This document shows positions 10,254 through 22,800 of a stretch of DNA of 41,278 nt, piece by piece. Source of the stretch: Squatina squatina (lineage: Eukaryota). A program made the position numbers and the translations under genes. Numbering within the stretch: position 1 is the first letter of the stretch; the number at the start of each line of letters is the position of its first letter. The notes beneath the pieces were generated by a model. It saw nothing but the letters and a program-made list of their open reading frames with translations, was not told the origin of the DNA and made no database searches. The stretch spans positions 3,597,677-3,638,954 of the forward strand of contig JARFOE010000013.1 in NCBI GenBank assembly GCA_031763465.1, read 5' to 3'.

Positions 10254-10396
10254 GCAGCAGAGGCAGAGTATAAATAGAGCGGGAGGCCGAGGACAGAGCG
10301 TGGACCTGAGCAGCGGAGGCAAAGTATAAATAGAGTGGGAGGCAAAGGACAGGGCCGAGGACCAGTGCGGACCTGAGCAGTGGAGGCAGAGTACAT
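10254..10396 (+). repeat. About 2.4 tandem monomers (56-bp period between the first two) in the CR1 5' UTR
   Basis: gcagc.gaggca.agtataaatagag.gggaggc...ggacctga is repeated; TATAAATA at 10269 and 10325. Confidence 0.85.
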
Positions 10397-10672
10397 CTGG
10401 CAAATTCAAAAACAAGAGTGGCGTCACAGGACAGTAGGTAGGGGATTGGTTATTACATATTAGCATTTGTTTTCTCTCTCTAAGCTGGGACAGTGGTTTA
10501 AACTATGAGCTGGGAAACTATAAAGCACTTTATTAAATTAATAACTTAACTAGATAAACTAATTAATATAACTACAAGTAATCATTTGAATAAAGGCCTT
10601 AACTCATTAAATAAATAAAACAAGGTTAGGGGAAGATATGGCAGAGCAGGTTGTGTGTCAGGACGACAGTAT

Positions 10673-10879
10673 TTCAGATGAGACGTTAAACCAAGGTCCA
10701 GTCTGCTGTCTCAGGTGGACGTAAAAGATCCCATGACACTATTTTGAAGAGGAGCAAGGGAGTTATCCGTGGTGTCCTGGTCAATATTTATCCCTCAATC
10801 AACAGAACAAAAGCAGATTATCTGATCATTATCACATTGCTGTTTGTGGGAGCTTGTGCGCAAATTGGCTGCTTCTTTC
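10673..10879 (+). mobile_element. Truncated Deu-domain SINE (SacSINE1/AmnSINE1-like) inserted into CR1 ORF1
   Basis: gatgagacgttaaacc..ctcaggtggacgtaaaagatccc..caatatttatccctcaatcaac..tgtttgtgggagcttg..caaattggctgc, shared with the copies at 15957, 25975 and 36115. Confidence 0.88.
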
Positions 10880-11991
10880 TATGTGGCAGTTTGCGAGATT
10901 ATCCCAAGTGAACACATCTGCAGGAGATGTCTCCACCTCGAGTGTCTCTGGCTCAGAGACATTGGGCTGGATTGCAAATTGGAGATACTCCAACACATAA
11001 GGCAGGGGGATAAATATCTGAACAGTTTGCCCTAGACCTCGGTCTCACCTCAGAGATGTAGATTCAGAATGGGGTTGGTGTGACCGATAGTGTACAGAGT
11101 AAGGGGAGCCCAGGTGAAATAGAGAATGATGATCCGCATAAACTGATTCTATCCAACAGGTACAATGTACTTGCTAACTGTGAGGATAAGGATAAAGACT
11201 GTCAGGTGGATAATCAGAATGTTGACCATGCACCTTGGAGCATGAGGCTGTCCAAAGAGAGGAGGGGGAAGTGTAATGCGGTAGTTGTAGGGGATTCTGG
11301 ATTCAATAATTAGAGAGACAGATAGCATCCTTTGTAAACAGGATTGAGAGTCCTGCATGGTATGTTGCCTACTTGGTGCCAGGGACATCGCTAACCGGCT
11401 TGAAAAGATAGTGGGAAGGGAGGGGGAGAATCCAGTTGTTGTGGTCCATGTTAGGAACAACAACATAGGAAAGAGTAAACAAGAGGTTCTGTTTGGAGAG
11501 TACCAGGAACTTGGAGCTAAATTAAATAACAGGACCTCCTCAAGGGTTATAATCTCGATTATTACCCGTGCCATGTGCGAATTAGTGCAGCAATAAGCAG
11601 ATTAGAGAGGTGAACATGTGGCTGAAAGAGTAGTGTGGGAAAGAGGCGTTCCATTTCATGGGACACTGACACTGGGACAGGAAGGGACTGTACCGCTGGG
11701 ACGGGCTCCACCTGACTGTATAAGACCAGGGTCGTAGCAGAAAAAAATAAATAGGGCGATCACGAGGATTTTAAATTAGTAAATTTGGGGGACGGGTGGG
11801 CTCAGGTGGAAAAGCTAGTAATAAATAGTTCGGAAACAAATGAAAAGCAAGAGAGTGAAGTAATAGTCAGAAATTGTGCTTTGGGCACTTTNNNNNNNNN
11901 NNNNNNNNNNNNNNNNNNNNNNNNNNNNNNNNNNNNNNNNNNNNNNNNNNNNNNNNNNNNNNNNNNNNNNNNNNNNNNNNNNNNNNNNNNN

Positions 11992-12110
11992 CATTCAACT
12001 GATCATCCCCCACCATTTCCATCACCTCCAGCGTGATCACACCACCAAACACATCTTCCCCTCCCTTTCCCATTTCAGCATTCCAAAAGGAACCATTCAC
12101 TCTGCAACAC
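11992..12110 (+). mobile_element. Penelope-like element ORF fragment
   Basis: IQLIIPHHFHHLQRDHTTKHIFPSL resembles the IQRIILRHFRHLQRDPTTKHIFPSPP linker that precedes the GIY-YIG endonuclease in fish Penelope elements. Confidence 0.7.
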
Positions 12111-13844
12111 ATTGCCATCCAAAGTCCAAGTTATCACCTCAAATTAAAACTTGCAAGAAAAGCTGCTCATTGTCCTCTCACGGTGTTAAACAGCCTGAGC
12201 ACCAAATGCTGTCACACAAAGTGGCAAAAATACAGCAGACACCGTACTGCATAGTCATTTCCAGTCTTTACTTTCCTATACTCAATCTCTTAAGTATGCA
12301 ATTGTCCTTTGATAATGTCAGCACAGATTCTGCTACACAAAACTCATGTTTCAATTTTTTAAAAGTCAAGCACTTGTAAAGGAAACCCAGACACTCGAAT
12401 GTCACAAGTTACTTATGAAAGTTGGCACTGATTCAGATTCATTAGAACACATCTAAATCTTCAACATGAGAAAAACCACAACACAAATTGACACCATATA
12501 TTGTAATACATTATAAATAAATTTCAGTCATCTTCACAAAACACCTTCAATGGCAATGAAGGTATCCATGATATATTTAATTTTTAAATGACTGATTTAA
12601 TACTTCATACGACCTTGTTGCTTAACTTCAGAAGATGAAAGGTTTAAATATCAACTANNNNNNNNNNNNNNNNNNNNNNNNNNNNNNNNNNNNNNNNNNN
12701 NNNNNNNNNNNNNNNNNNNNNNNNNNNNNNNNNNNNNNNNNNNNNNNNNNNNNNNNNCACACTCAACTTACATGCCTGTGAACAGTACAAAGTGACCTTC
12801 AACAGATGCTTACAAAAATGAATATGGGCACAAGTCAACAGCTCATTTTCTGCAAAACAAATTAATTTGTTTAAATAAGGATTTTTAAAAAATTAATTCT
12901 TGGGGTGTTTGGAGCAAGATTGTAATGAGGAGGGTGCACTACATCTACTTAATAAGGCCATTGTAAAACCTTACCCATCTCCTTAAAAATGTTCAACATC
13001 ATTGCAATTTTTAAAACTTGGTTTCTTGGCTTAGGGAGGGTACTGATATTATCTGATTTGTGGTTACAGAAACTGTTAAATGTCTTTATTGATGAAGGAG
13101 TCTTAATGCATATCAATTGTTTTATTAGATGGGGTTATACGTGAACCTCAACAGCCTTCTACTGCACCTCAGCCATTCTTCCTCCAAAACACTATTATTT
13201 TGTGACTGATAATCGAGCAAGTAATGCTGACAGTCTCTCCAAGGTAAGTGTCAATTTATGGTCAGTTTTGTGCTGTGAACTGAATTGAGACTCCCCGAAC
13301 TTGTTTTACCGAAGAGTCTCAAGGCCAACAGAAGAAGAAATTCATTCCATCAGTCTGAGCTGGATTCAGTTCCACCTCCCAGAGGNNNNNNNNNNNNNNN
13401 NNNNNNNNNNNNNNNNNNNNNNNNNNNNNNNNNNNNNNNNNNNNNNNNNNNNNNNNNNNNNNNNNNNNNNNNNNNNNNNNNNNNNGGGTACTTCAGCTAT
13501 TAATAATTTTTCATTCATCCCCAGTCAAAGCGATTGTTAATGAGTCACCTGTCTTTCAAAGTACTTATTGTACTGTTTCTTTTTTCCATATCTTTCTCAT
13601 GGGCTTCTTGTGGTTAGATTTTTCAATTACAGTAATGGCACATAATGCTCAAATAGTTGCCTTGTTACTGAAAAAATGGATTACAGCATCAGTGCACCCT
13701 AATTACAGGATTTGGTGGAAGGCCATTCATCAATGTTTTAGTTGTGTCCAATTGTGTAGAGTTGATTATGTCTTTTTGTTGATTCTAGGCTTTTAACTTT
13801 AATGACCTTTCACTCAGTGCAGTGCCATCTGGAGCACATGAGTG

Positions 13845-13940
13845 AGAAAGAAAGACTTGCATTTACAGAGCACGTGGTCACATCTCTCCAATACATCAGT
13901 AGGCACCGCATGCTGTGGCTCACTTTGAAATGCAATCACT
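13845..13940 (-). mobile_element. Deu-SINE 3' tail remnant
   Basis: gaaagaaagacttgcatttaca is the same terminus as at 15957-15980. Confidence 0.6.
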
Positions 13941-13941
13941 T

Positions 13942-14320
13942 GGGCTGAATTTTAATGGAGAGGAGCGGGTGGGTGGGTTAAAAATCAGCGAAACTGCCAG
14001 CGCGTCGAGAAGTCGTCTGCAACCCTCCGACTTCTGCAATTGACTTCAGCGCGTTAGACTGCGTGCACGCAACCCCCTCAGGAGAGACGGGTTGACATTT
14101 CCCATATGCTAACCATTCAAATATTGACACGCTGTTTTCACTTCAACGTTGGGTCCACAAAGTTTCCCGGGCTTCCGAAAACTCGCCAGTAAAACCAGCG
14201 GCAGTTTGTGGGTGAGGCCGGCTTAACATCGCAATGTTTGTTAAACCAACGCAAAAGATCACGGAAACTCAAATTGCCCCAAACGTAATTTGTGCTTCAA
14301 ATACCTTGAACTTTTGCGCC
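13942..14320. mobile_element. CpG-rich non-autonomous DNA transposon (Harbinger-like) left end
   Basis: Begins gggctgaatttt, matching the GGGC..AATT-type termini seen elsewhere in the window, with an abrupt GC/CpG rise. It interrupts the SINE tail. Confidence 0.55.
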
Positions 14321-14547
14321 NNNNNNNNNNNNNNNNNNNNNNNNNNNNNNNNNNNNNNNNNNNNNNNNNNNNNNNNNNNNNNNNNNNNNNNNNNNNNNNN
14401 NNNNNNNNNNNNNNNNNNNNAGTACCCTGGGATGTAGATTATCAGGCCAAGGAAAATACTTCTTCACAAGAAGAAGGTGTTTGGTTTTGAAGTCTCGTCA
14501 AAAAGTTCCGTGAGGCCCACAATATGACCCTTCGACAGAACATCGCC

Positions 14548-14685
14548 AGTTCTGACAAAGGGTCATTGACCTGAAACGCTAACTCTGTTTCTCTCTCCAC
14601 TGATGCTGCCAGACCTGCTGAGTGTTTCCAGCATTTTCTGTTCTTATTTCAGGTCTCCAGCATCCGCAGTATTTTGCTTTTGTAT
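14548..14685 (+). mobile_element. Penelope-like terminal repeat common in chondrichthyans
   Basis: ttctgacaaagggtcattgacctgaaacgctaactctgtttctctctccac.gatgctgccagacctgctgag..tttccagcattttctg. Confidence 0.7.
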
Positions 14686-15956
14686 CAGGGTAAGAACTGC
14701 ATTGGAGGTGTGCACTGCAATACTTTCCTTTTAAAGAGCATCATTCTCACCATCAAGTTATATTTCCACAGTGCCCATAACATACAACAGGTATGCCTTG
14801 GGGGCATTGTACAGGATGATGGGTAGCTAGTAGGCATTGGGTTCGGTGGGGTGGGGGATGAAGGAAAAAACATCATTAGTGTTTGCAATCAGAGACGAGA
14901 GATGAGCAATAGCACTACTGGCAGATTGCTTTGTGAGTGCTGCATTTCAACATATTTGTGTTACAGCTGATAGTGTACCCACTTTCCCAGCAGCCATTTT
15001 GACGGCTGTAAAACAGAATATTTAATGCAAACTGTTCCAGGAATTTAGCCTGCAGAAAGATTACCCCAAAAGGGCACCTTTAATAGAAAAGCAGTCTCTT
15101 TAATCTTTTCAAATAAATAAAATCTTATTTCCATATGGTATAAAATGACCAGTTAATTCATTAGAATATGCATCTTTTTTCCCGTAAATATTTAATTGCT
15201 TGCAGAAGAATTGTTGATGGAAATCACCGACAATCTGAAATTTCCTGCGGACTTTGGAAGGAAGAGCCTATGGTGAAAAACAGTTTGTGTTCTGCTAGAT
15301 ACAGATTGTAAGCATACATCGACCCAGCAGCTCAGGTTTCTTTTTTTAAAATCCTGCATTCCCTCGTGCGTTACTTGAATCATAAAATCTTTTGTTGGTC
15401 ACTGTGATCTGACAATTGTCATTTGATGCAGTGATTGAGACTGGTGAGTTGTAATTAGTGAAAGACTGTCACTGTGTGGCTCTTATCAAATACATCGAAG
15501 GGTTAGTCTGTTCAGAGCAGTGCCAATGTCTCTCAGCATCTCAATGAAATGTGCAGTCACTTGAAAAAGACAGGCTCTATGTATTTCATTGTTCTTGCAC
15601 TAATGCAAGTCAAAATCCCAAGTGATTGATTAGCACTGGACACTCAAGTAAGCATGGGTTTGGTGCAATGGAATTTGAACTTTGACATTAACACAGTTTT
15701 CTTTTCTTGAAGAGAAGTGCCCAGGGTGGTGTTCCCATACTTGGAAACAATGACTTTTTAAAATATAAATGCAAGGGCACATTGTTTACAAAAGCTTAGT
15801 GCTTAATACAGTTTATCACTTTCTTCTGTGTATTGCTCATGTTTTGGTTACCAGGCTTACACTCTAACTCTACAAACATTACAAATTGTAAATCATACTT
15901 TATCACAGAGACACTTGCTGGATACCAGATTGGACCATTTTGAAGTCATTTGTGAA

Positions 15957-16292
15957 TAAAAGAAAGACTTGCATTTACATAGAACCTTTCACAGCAAATG
16001 AAGTACTTTCGGAGTGTAGTCACTGTTGTAATGTAGAAAACACGGCAGCCAATTTGCGCACAGCAAGCTCCCACAAACAACAATGTGATAACGACCAGAT
16101 AAACTGTTTTTAATGATGTTGATTGAGGAACAAATGTTGGCCAGGACACCAGGATAACTCCCCTGAGTTTCTTTGAAATAGTGTCATGGGATCTTTTACA
16201 CTGAGAGAGCAGACAAGGCCACGGTTTAACGTCTCAACCGAAAGATGGCACCTACGACAGTGCAGCGCTCCCTCAGCACTACTGAATGCTGG
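15957..16292 (-). mobile_element. Deu-domain SINE (SacSINE1/AmnSINE1-like), 3' two-thirds
   Basis: Reverse complement carries the Deu core and the tail tgtgggagcttgctgtgcgcaaattggctgccgtgttttctacattacaacagtgactacac...aaatgcaagtctttcttt. Confidence 0.9.
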
Positions 16293-17579
16293 NNNNNNNN
16301 NNNNNNNNNNNNNNNNNNNNNNNNNNNNNNNNNNNNNNNNNNNNNNNNNNNNNNNNNNNNNNNNNNNNNNNNNNNNNNNNNNNNNNNNNNNNTTCTAAGT
16401 GACTGGTGAAACACTGCAGTGCCCCATAATTACCTTTGTATCAAGGGCTGCATTGCCTAGCCCATGGAACACCAGGAGATATGTTTTTAACATGAATATA
16501 TTATTTTCTTTTCTGGGCACAACAGAATGTGTGCACTATTCATCAGTTAACAGTGGTATTCCCTTCAATCATGCACCAGAAAATTGTATTCTACACAACA
16601 AAGGTTTACCCATCAACCATTCTGTCATCAATAGACAGGAAATCTAATCTAACTATTTAAAATATTCCTTGCATTCACAGCCACGGCAACAACGACGCAA
16701 TCGATGTTTCTGTTTGCTCCAGTTAAAGACATAACGTCTTCTATTAGATCACAGTGTCTCCATGTGTCACAGAATTTTAATCTGTGTCTGCATTGTTTTT
16801 AATGTTTGTTTAATTTTCTCTAACCCTTCGAAGGTGTTTTATTTATTTATGCTTGCACTCAACTTATAAGCAAAACGAATGTCAGGACTTGGATTAATTT
16901 CATTCTTCAGGCATTGTTGACCAGGTCCACTTAGGAGATCAATATTCTATCCACTGGGTCACTAATAAGTATCCTCTTTAATTTCTGATACAACAGGAAA
17001 CCAAAGAAACTTACCAGTGGAAACATTGTGTTCTCAACACAATACTTTTCTGAAGCCAGAAATGCATTAAGGTTACCTGTTCATCATTGGCTTCCAATTA
17101 GAAGCCAAGTCCCAGGCATGAAGAGGAGAGGTCAGCATTGTAAGTACACAGACAGGTCATTAGCAACTGACCAGTAGATAGCTCATTATGAAATGTGTTC
17201 ACAGGTCTACTTTTGTTTGTCATGTGAACACAACAGATGCTCTTCCTCTGAACACTATAAACTATCACATTACAACTGGCTCCAGCAGGTACCCAATATT
17301 TCCAGACATATAGCATTATTGAGATGATTATCTGGTCCTATCACAGTGTTGGTGGCACCATAATGTGCACAGTTCGTATCTCGCAATGGGAGATGAATTC
17401 CTATGATTTCACAATTCAGATAGTTTAAGTTGACAAGCTCCATACACACATTGTCCCAGGTAGAGGGAGTGCTCTTTATGCATGGGCAGCATATCTGGCA
17501 AGTCAGCAGCTCTTAAAGAGCTGCTGCTCACAAGTAAAAAGATGGCTACAGTGAAAATGTGGAACACAGTATTGAAATG

Positions 17580-17790
17580 AGAAGAGAATGGAGGACAAAA
17601 GGCAAAGCAGCAGGTCTGTCCCATTTGAGGAAACTGCCTTAGAGGAGATGCCCAACAGAGTGAATGTAGTTGTCTCCATTGCCCACAAACTTGCTATGAG
17701 GAAACTGTCCTCCAAATTCTGGGAGTGAGGGAGGAAGAGATCAAAGGCCTTCCAGCACTAAGGGCGCAGAGTGTTTATTTCTCAAGGGGA
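17580..17790 (+). mobile_element. Highly decayed Myb/SANT-like (Harbinger) ORF remnant
   Basis: MEDKRQSSRSVPFEETALEEMPNRV loosely fits the R..F...ALE.L...V motif. Confidence 0.35.
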
Positions 17791-19379
17791 CAAGCCAGCA
17801 AATTGCTCATTTGGTTTTCTGGGGGGAAGAAAAGCTCTCGATCAGCATTTCACCTGGCTTTGAGTTCACAACCTAACATGCTGCTGTCCTGAGGAGCTAA
17901 CCTCCCAAGCTCANNNNNNNNNNNNNNNNNNNNNNNNNNNNNNNNNNNNNNNNNNNNNNNNNNNNNNNNNNNNNNNNNNNNNNNNNNNNNNNNNNNNNNN
18001 NNNNNNNNNNNNNAGGTAAGTACATAGAGATAATTGCAATCGGAGGCAGCCGCACGCAGGAAGCCTCTGATCGCAATTTCAGGCCCAATGTGTTCAAATC
18101 ATTCTCATAAGATGATCGTTCCAGCAGTGGATCATACCCTCTCCCCATATTCCACAGCCTGAATTATCTTAAAAGAATCGTGACCCAAAAAATATAAAAG
18201 ACCTCAGCCATTTGCTTTAGTGCTGATTGTTGTAGGGTTAATGTTGGGGGAGCTGAGAGAGACAACCAATTAGTATACAAGATTGTGCAGAGGCTTTTAT
18301 GACGCTATAATATATTACTGCTTTGACCTTTCCACATAGATATTGTGATGCCTTCAATCATCAATCATTTATATACAAACACATTTTTGAAAGTTCAGCA
18401 GCACAAAGAAAGCTTTGCCAAACTCTTCTTCACGACTGCTAACAAATGTTGTTTTGAATCCTTGCGATATTTTTATTGCATTAATAATTTACCTCCCGTC
18501 AGATGTAATAAAATCTAACCTTTATTTCCCCTCTTTTTATTCATCAAACCACAGTGTCTTTGCCAGTGCTCTTCAATGTTAACATTGCCATGGGCAGCAT
18601 TCAGCCAAGGGCCTGACATAAGAACCTGTAGCTGCTGGGACAATTCCTGGGCACTTCACCGGACCTCTGTACTTAAATAACTATTTCTTACTGCAGGTGA
18701 AGTCTCTTAATAGTAAGGGAAAATCTCCCTTTAGCCAATTGTTCTTCTTCAGTAAACACAATTGAATATATGAGGAATTAATTGGCTTCTGAGCAAATAT
18801 TCTTTTAACTGAACATTCTCATTAACAGAGTTGCTAGAAGTGGCATATGCCTTGTTGGAAATTATTATTTTAGGAAAGAGTTTCATACATCAGTGGAAGA
18901 CAGTACTGATAGATTTTACTTTTAATGGTGATAACTTGATATATGGAATAAGTTAATATTCAGTGGTTTGTCAACTTTCAACTGTAATTCATAGCCGCTC
19001 ATATTTTTCTATCTTCACAGATCACTTGGAGATCCAGATACATACATATTAATCAGCAAAACATAGAAGTCTGGATTTTTCTCTTTAGGCATAGTTCATG
19101 CCAGTAAGATTATTGGCAGGCTTTGGGCGAATTGAAGTGGAAATTCTCACGGCTTGAGAGTGAACATCCTACAAGAGATAAGTTTGAGCCATTTTGCTCT
19201 GATTCCCAATGTATTTGGAAACACGGCTTGTAATTTACCGAGAGATACCACTAAGTGGCAATCTCATTCAACAAAGCCATAAGGAGAGGCCACATTTGCA
19301 ATGATGATTTTAAAATATGGAGCCTAAAGCGGTGACACCACGGAGTAGTAAAGTGGAATAGCGTACAGCTGCATCTCTT

Positions 19380-19670
19380 GAAGACAACAGCTGATATTAA
19401 AGGCGCTGCTGCATTATTGCTTGGCAGAATAAAAAGCACAACCGGATGAAGCTGAGGACCTTTCGGATGTAGCTTTGGAGGTGCTGATGGGAGAAGTACA
19501 GCTTTAGTTAGGGGGGAGATTCCCAGGGCCCTGGGAATCAAAGTAATGTAAGATGCCATTTTTGGATGCTGCTAAAGTGGACCATGACCAGAAAAAACAG
19601 TGCGAAAGAGAAATTGAGCTCACCATGCAAGATTCTCGGAGGTCATTTCAACATTTTTTAAATATTCAAA
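19380..19670 (+). mobile_element. Decayed Myb/SANT-like (Harbinger) ORF remnant
   Basis: SDVALEVLMGEVQ near 19463 and a KQC motif near 19595 fit the FSD.ALEVL..EV and QC.K motifs of this family. Confidence 0.45.
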
Positions 19671-19771
19671 GNNNNNNNNNNNNNNNNNNNNNNNNNNNNN
19701 NNNNNNNNNNNNNNNNNNNNNNNNNNNNNNNNNNNNNNNNNNNNNNNNNNNNNNNNNNNNNNNNNNNNNNN

Positions 19772-19850
19772 GATCATATTGAATGGCGGTGCAGGCCCGA
19801 AGGGCCGAATGGCCTACTTCTGCACCTATTTTCTATGTTTCTATGTTTAT
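19772..19850 (+). mobile_element. CR1-type LINE 3' end with (ttctatgt)n tail
   Basis: attgaatggcggtgcaggcccgaagggccgaatggcctacttctgcacctattttctatgtttctatgttt. Confidence 0.85.
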
Positions 19851-22800
19851 CAACTTGAGGAGTTGGAGGGCTTAGGCATCTCTTTGAACTGATGGGCAGG
19901 TTGAAGAAAGTGGAATGCCTACTTGAATTGGGTGGAATTAGAGGTTGGAGTTCCTCTTCGAACTTGGGAGGTATGAGAGAGGCAAGAGTGAATTGGAGGG
20001 GTTGAGAATGCTTTGATAACAAGGTGCACTGAGGAGTTAAAGCATGTAAAGTGTGTTTCTGTGAGCAGCAGGTAACAATGGCAGAGAGAAAGGCGGGGTA
20101 GAATTGGGATGGGTTGGGTAGGGGAGCGCATCATGTGAGCAACCAATCTTCTTCTTTTGCATGGTAGTAGCAAAAAAAAAAATCAATATCATTTTCGCAC
20201 TGGGTGGAATATTATGCACAAGACCCTGAATGCATTTGCACTAAAACTAAACAGCAAAGTTCAGATAGTGCTACTGAAATAGCTAATATAATTGAATACT
20301 TTACTATCTGGCTGGCATTTACTGCCTAACAATATTGATAATTATTTCCATTAGCTGCACTAAAAAATTCTAATTTGATTCTAATTAAAATTCTTTATGC
20401 TGCCTACCTACCTGCAATTTTCACGGTCACTTTGGTGAACACAACTATTAGATCCGACCCACTGGGCATTGTGATGCATTGTTTGGTAATGCTATTGGTG
20501 TTGAAAAAGCCTTTATTTCCTTTTGCGATTAAATCTATATCATGCAGTCATATACCTGTCTTTATGAAAAATAACAGCCATGGATATTGTCAAAAAAAGG
20601 TACGGAAAGTAAGGTTTATTGATAGTTTATACTGAGTCTGACTGGAGCTTGAAGTGTGAATCTGTTTTCAAGGTGCTTGATTCTCATGGCTTATAACTGT
20701 TAAATATAATCCCTTCCTTCAGTTCTCGGGATTTTCAACAATCTCATACATCCAAGTGCTAAAACTGGGGCAGCACTGGTATATAGTCCAGGTTATTTAA
20801 AGAGCTAATTTAGCTTTTCCTAAAACAATCATTAATGCNNNNNNNNNNNNNNNNNNNNNNNNNNNNNNNNNNNNNNNNNNNNNNNNNNNNNNNNNNNNNN
20901 NNNNNNNNNNNNNNNNNNNNNNNNNNNNNNNNNNNNNNATTATTTAAGTGTACCCAAATATAATTTGAAACACTAATTGATATATCTCTTTTGTTCTATT
21001 TAATCGCCAATGCACAGCCTATGAATATAAATTTTGGTTTGCATCAATCTCAATAAAACTGGCAAAATCTCTTGATATATCGACTGAAGTTTACAGGTAA
21101 ATCACAGCTGTATGCTCAGGATGCTGAGCTGGTTGAATATTTACTGCTAGTTCTCACTAGGCACCTCGATTTGGACTGCTCACAACACATTAAACTGAAT
21201 CATGCGCCTGTTGATTCACAACAAATTATGGTGAATTAGTTTGATAATATGACTGATTGGAACAAGCTTTGCAAAATAAATATATTAATCACTCCTCAAT
21301 CTAAAAAGTGCCAAGTCTTCAAAATGAGCAATTACTTTATTTCTCCAGAGAGGTGGTTATAATTATGAGTCAGGGAGNNNNNNNNNNGTACATAATCACT
21401 TTATTTGTAATTTAAAATGTACTACGTGACAGTTTTTTAAAAAATCTTTACTTCTGGACACTTTACAACCCATTGTGTCCATTTTATCAGAAGATGTAAA
21501 ATGTGACTAATAGGAGACATAAAATTGGATTAATATATTCAAATATAAAAGTTCTTGTGCATTAGAATTATTAGCCACAAACGTACCTTCGAATGATCAT
21601 GATCATTTTTTTCCAGCAATTGCTCTAATTTGTAATAATCATAAGACTTTTAGATACTTTGGTTACTCCCATAGGATAAGAACATTACATAAGAACATAA
21701 GAAATAGNNNNNNNNNNNNNNNNNNNNNNNNNNNNNNNNNNNNNNNNNNNNNNNNNNNNNNNNNNNNNNNNNNNNNNNNNNNNNNNNNNNNNNNNNNNNN
21801 NNNNNNNATTCAGCGGGGTACACATAAAAATGTGAGGGTGCTCTCCTTGAGGGCACCGTCACTGAACTGGCTCTATTGATTCGTGCCAAACTGTGTGGTG
21901 ATTATTTTAATATGTAAATTGTCTTTCATTTAGCATAGTTTTACAGGGCTATGGCTTTTAAGTTAACAGTGAATTAGTTTGCCTATTGTATAACTGTAGT
22001 TCAATTGATAGGTAGTTTCAATACCAGTCTTTAAATTTACCGAAGGGGAGACGTAATGCTAGCGGTACTGGTTTGTGTAGATCTCAAAGTATAGCTACTG
22101 AAGACTGGTTTCTCATTGGACAGACAGTCAGAGCTATACTGTAGTAAATGCAGATGAATTGTGAATCATGGCTGTGCGGTGAGGGCTCTAACAACATTTT
22201 CCTGAGTTGTGTGATTTTCTTTTTGTCCCTGACACAATACAAGTTGAATTCAGTGAGGGTTTGGTGAATTTATCCTTATGTCTAAACTTGGCCTCCTCTT
22301 GGTTCAATTTCAATGGAACAATGTTCATTCATTCGTATCATGCAATTCTGATTGCTAATCAGACAACACTTGTCATGTACCGGATTTACCTGTGGCCTTG
22401 TGCCACTTCTCAAGTTTATTGCTCACAACGATATGACTGCCCTTCCTAAATGATTTGTGCACATCATCTTGCCAGTAGACTGTGAAAACGACATCCTCTC
22501 GAAAGGGCTCTGCCTAATTTCCATAATTCAGTGTTTTAGATTAAATGCCTGTGAAGTCTAAAAGTAAATAAGAATAGGAATTAACATTTTTAATAAATCA
22601 TCACGGCACTTTTAACTATTCAGGAGCACTTGTTTATGACACCAGAAAATGTTCTCAATGGGCTGAAAATGCCTGCCAATGTGCACTTTCGAGAATATAG
22701 TGCTTTGTTACCATGGAAACCCTCAGGACTGATTGTTCAATGCTGATCTCTAAAGCTCAAGAATGCTTTTCAAAATCCTCTTAAGGAGCACTAGGTAATG

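Larger units (their letters stand above)
10225..11891 (+). mobile_element. CR1 LINE 5' portion: 5' UTR and decayed ORF1 (zinc finger plus SGNH esterase), antisense within the SOCS6 intron
   Basis: ATG at 10638 (MAEQVVCQ), then HICRRCLHL, LSNRYNVLA, VVVGDS, MVCCLLGARDI, NPVVVVHVRNNNIG and WDGLHL, all typical of the CR1 ORF1 esterase. Contains frameshifts and stops. Confidence 0.9.

Noticed and set aside
10254-10396. Spaced direct repeats superficially like a CRISPR array
   Set aside because: Eukaryotic context, no unique spacers and no cas genes; these are LINE 5' UTR monomers.
13942-14320. CpG-rich block as the SOCS6 promoter or exon 1
   Set aside because: It begins at a transposon-like terminus and interrupts a SINE tail, and no clear donor or promoter motif cluster was seen. 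SOCS6 exon 1 is probably unassembled.
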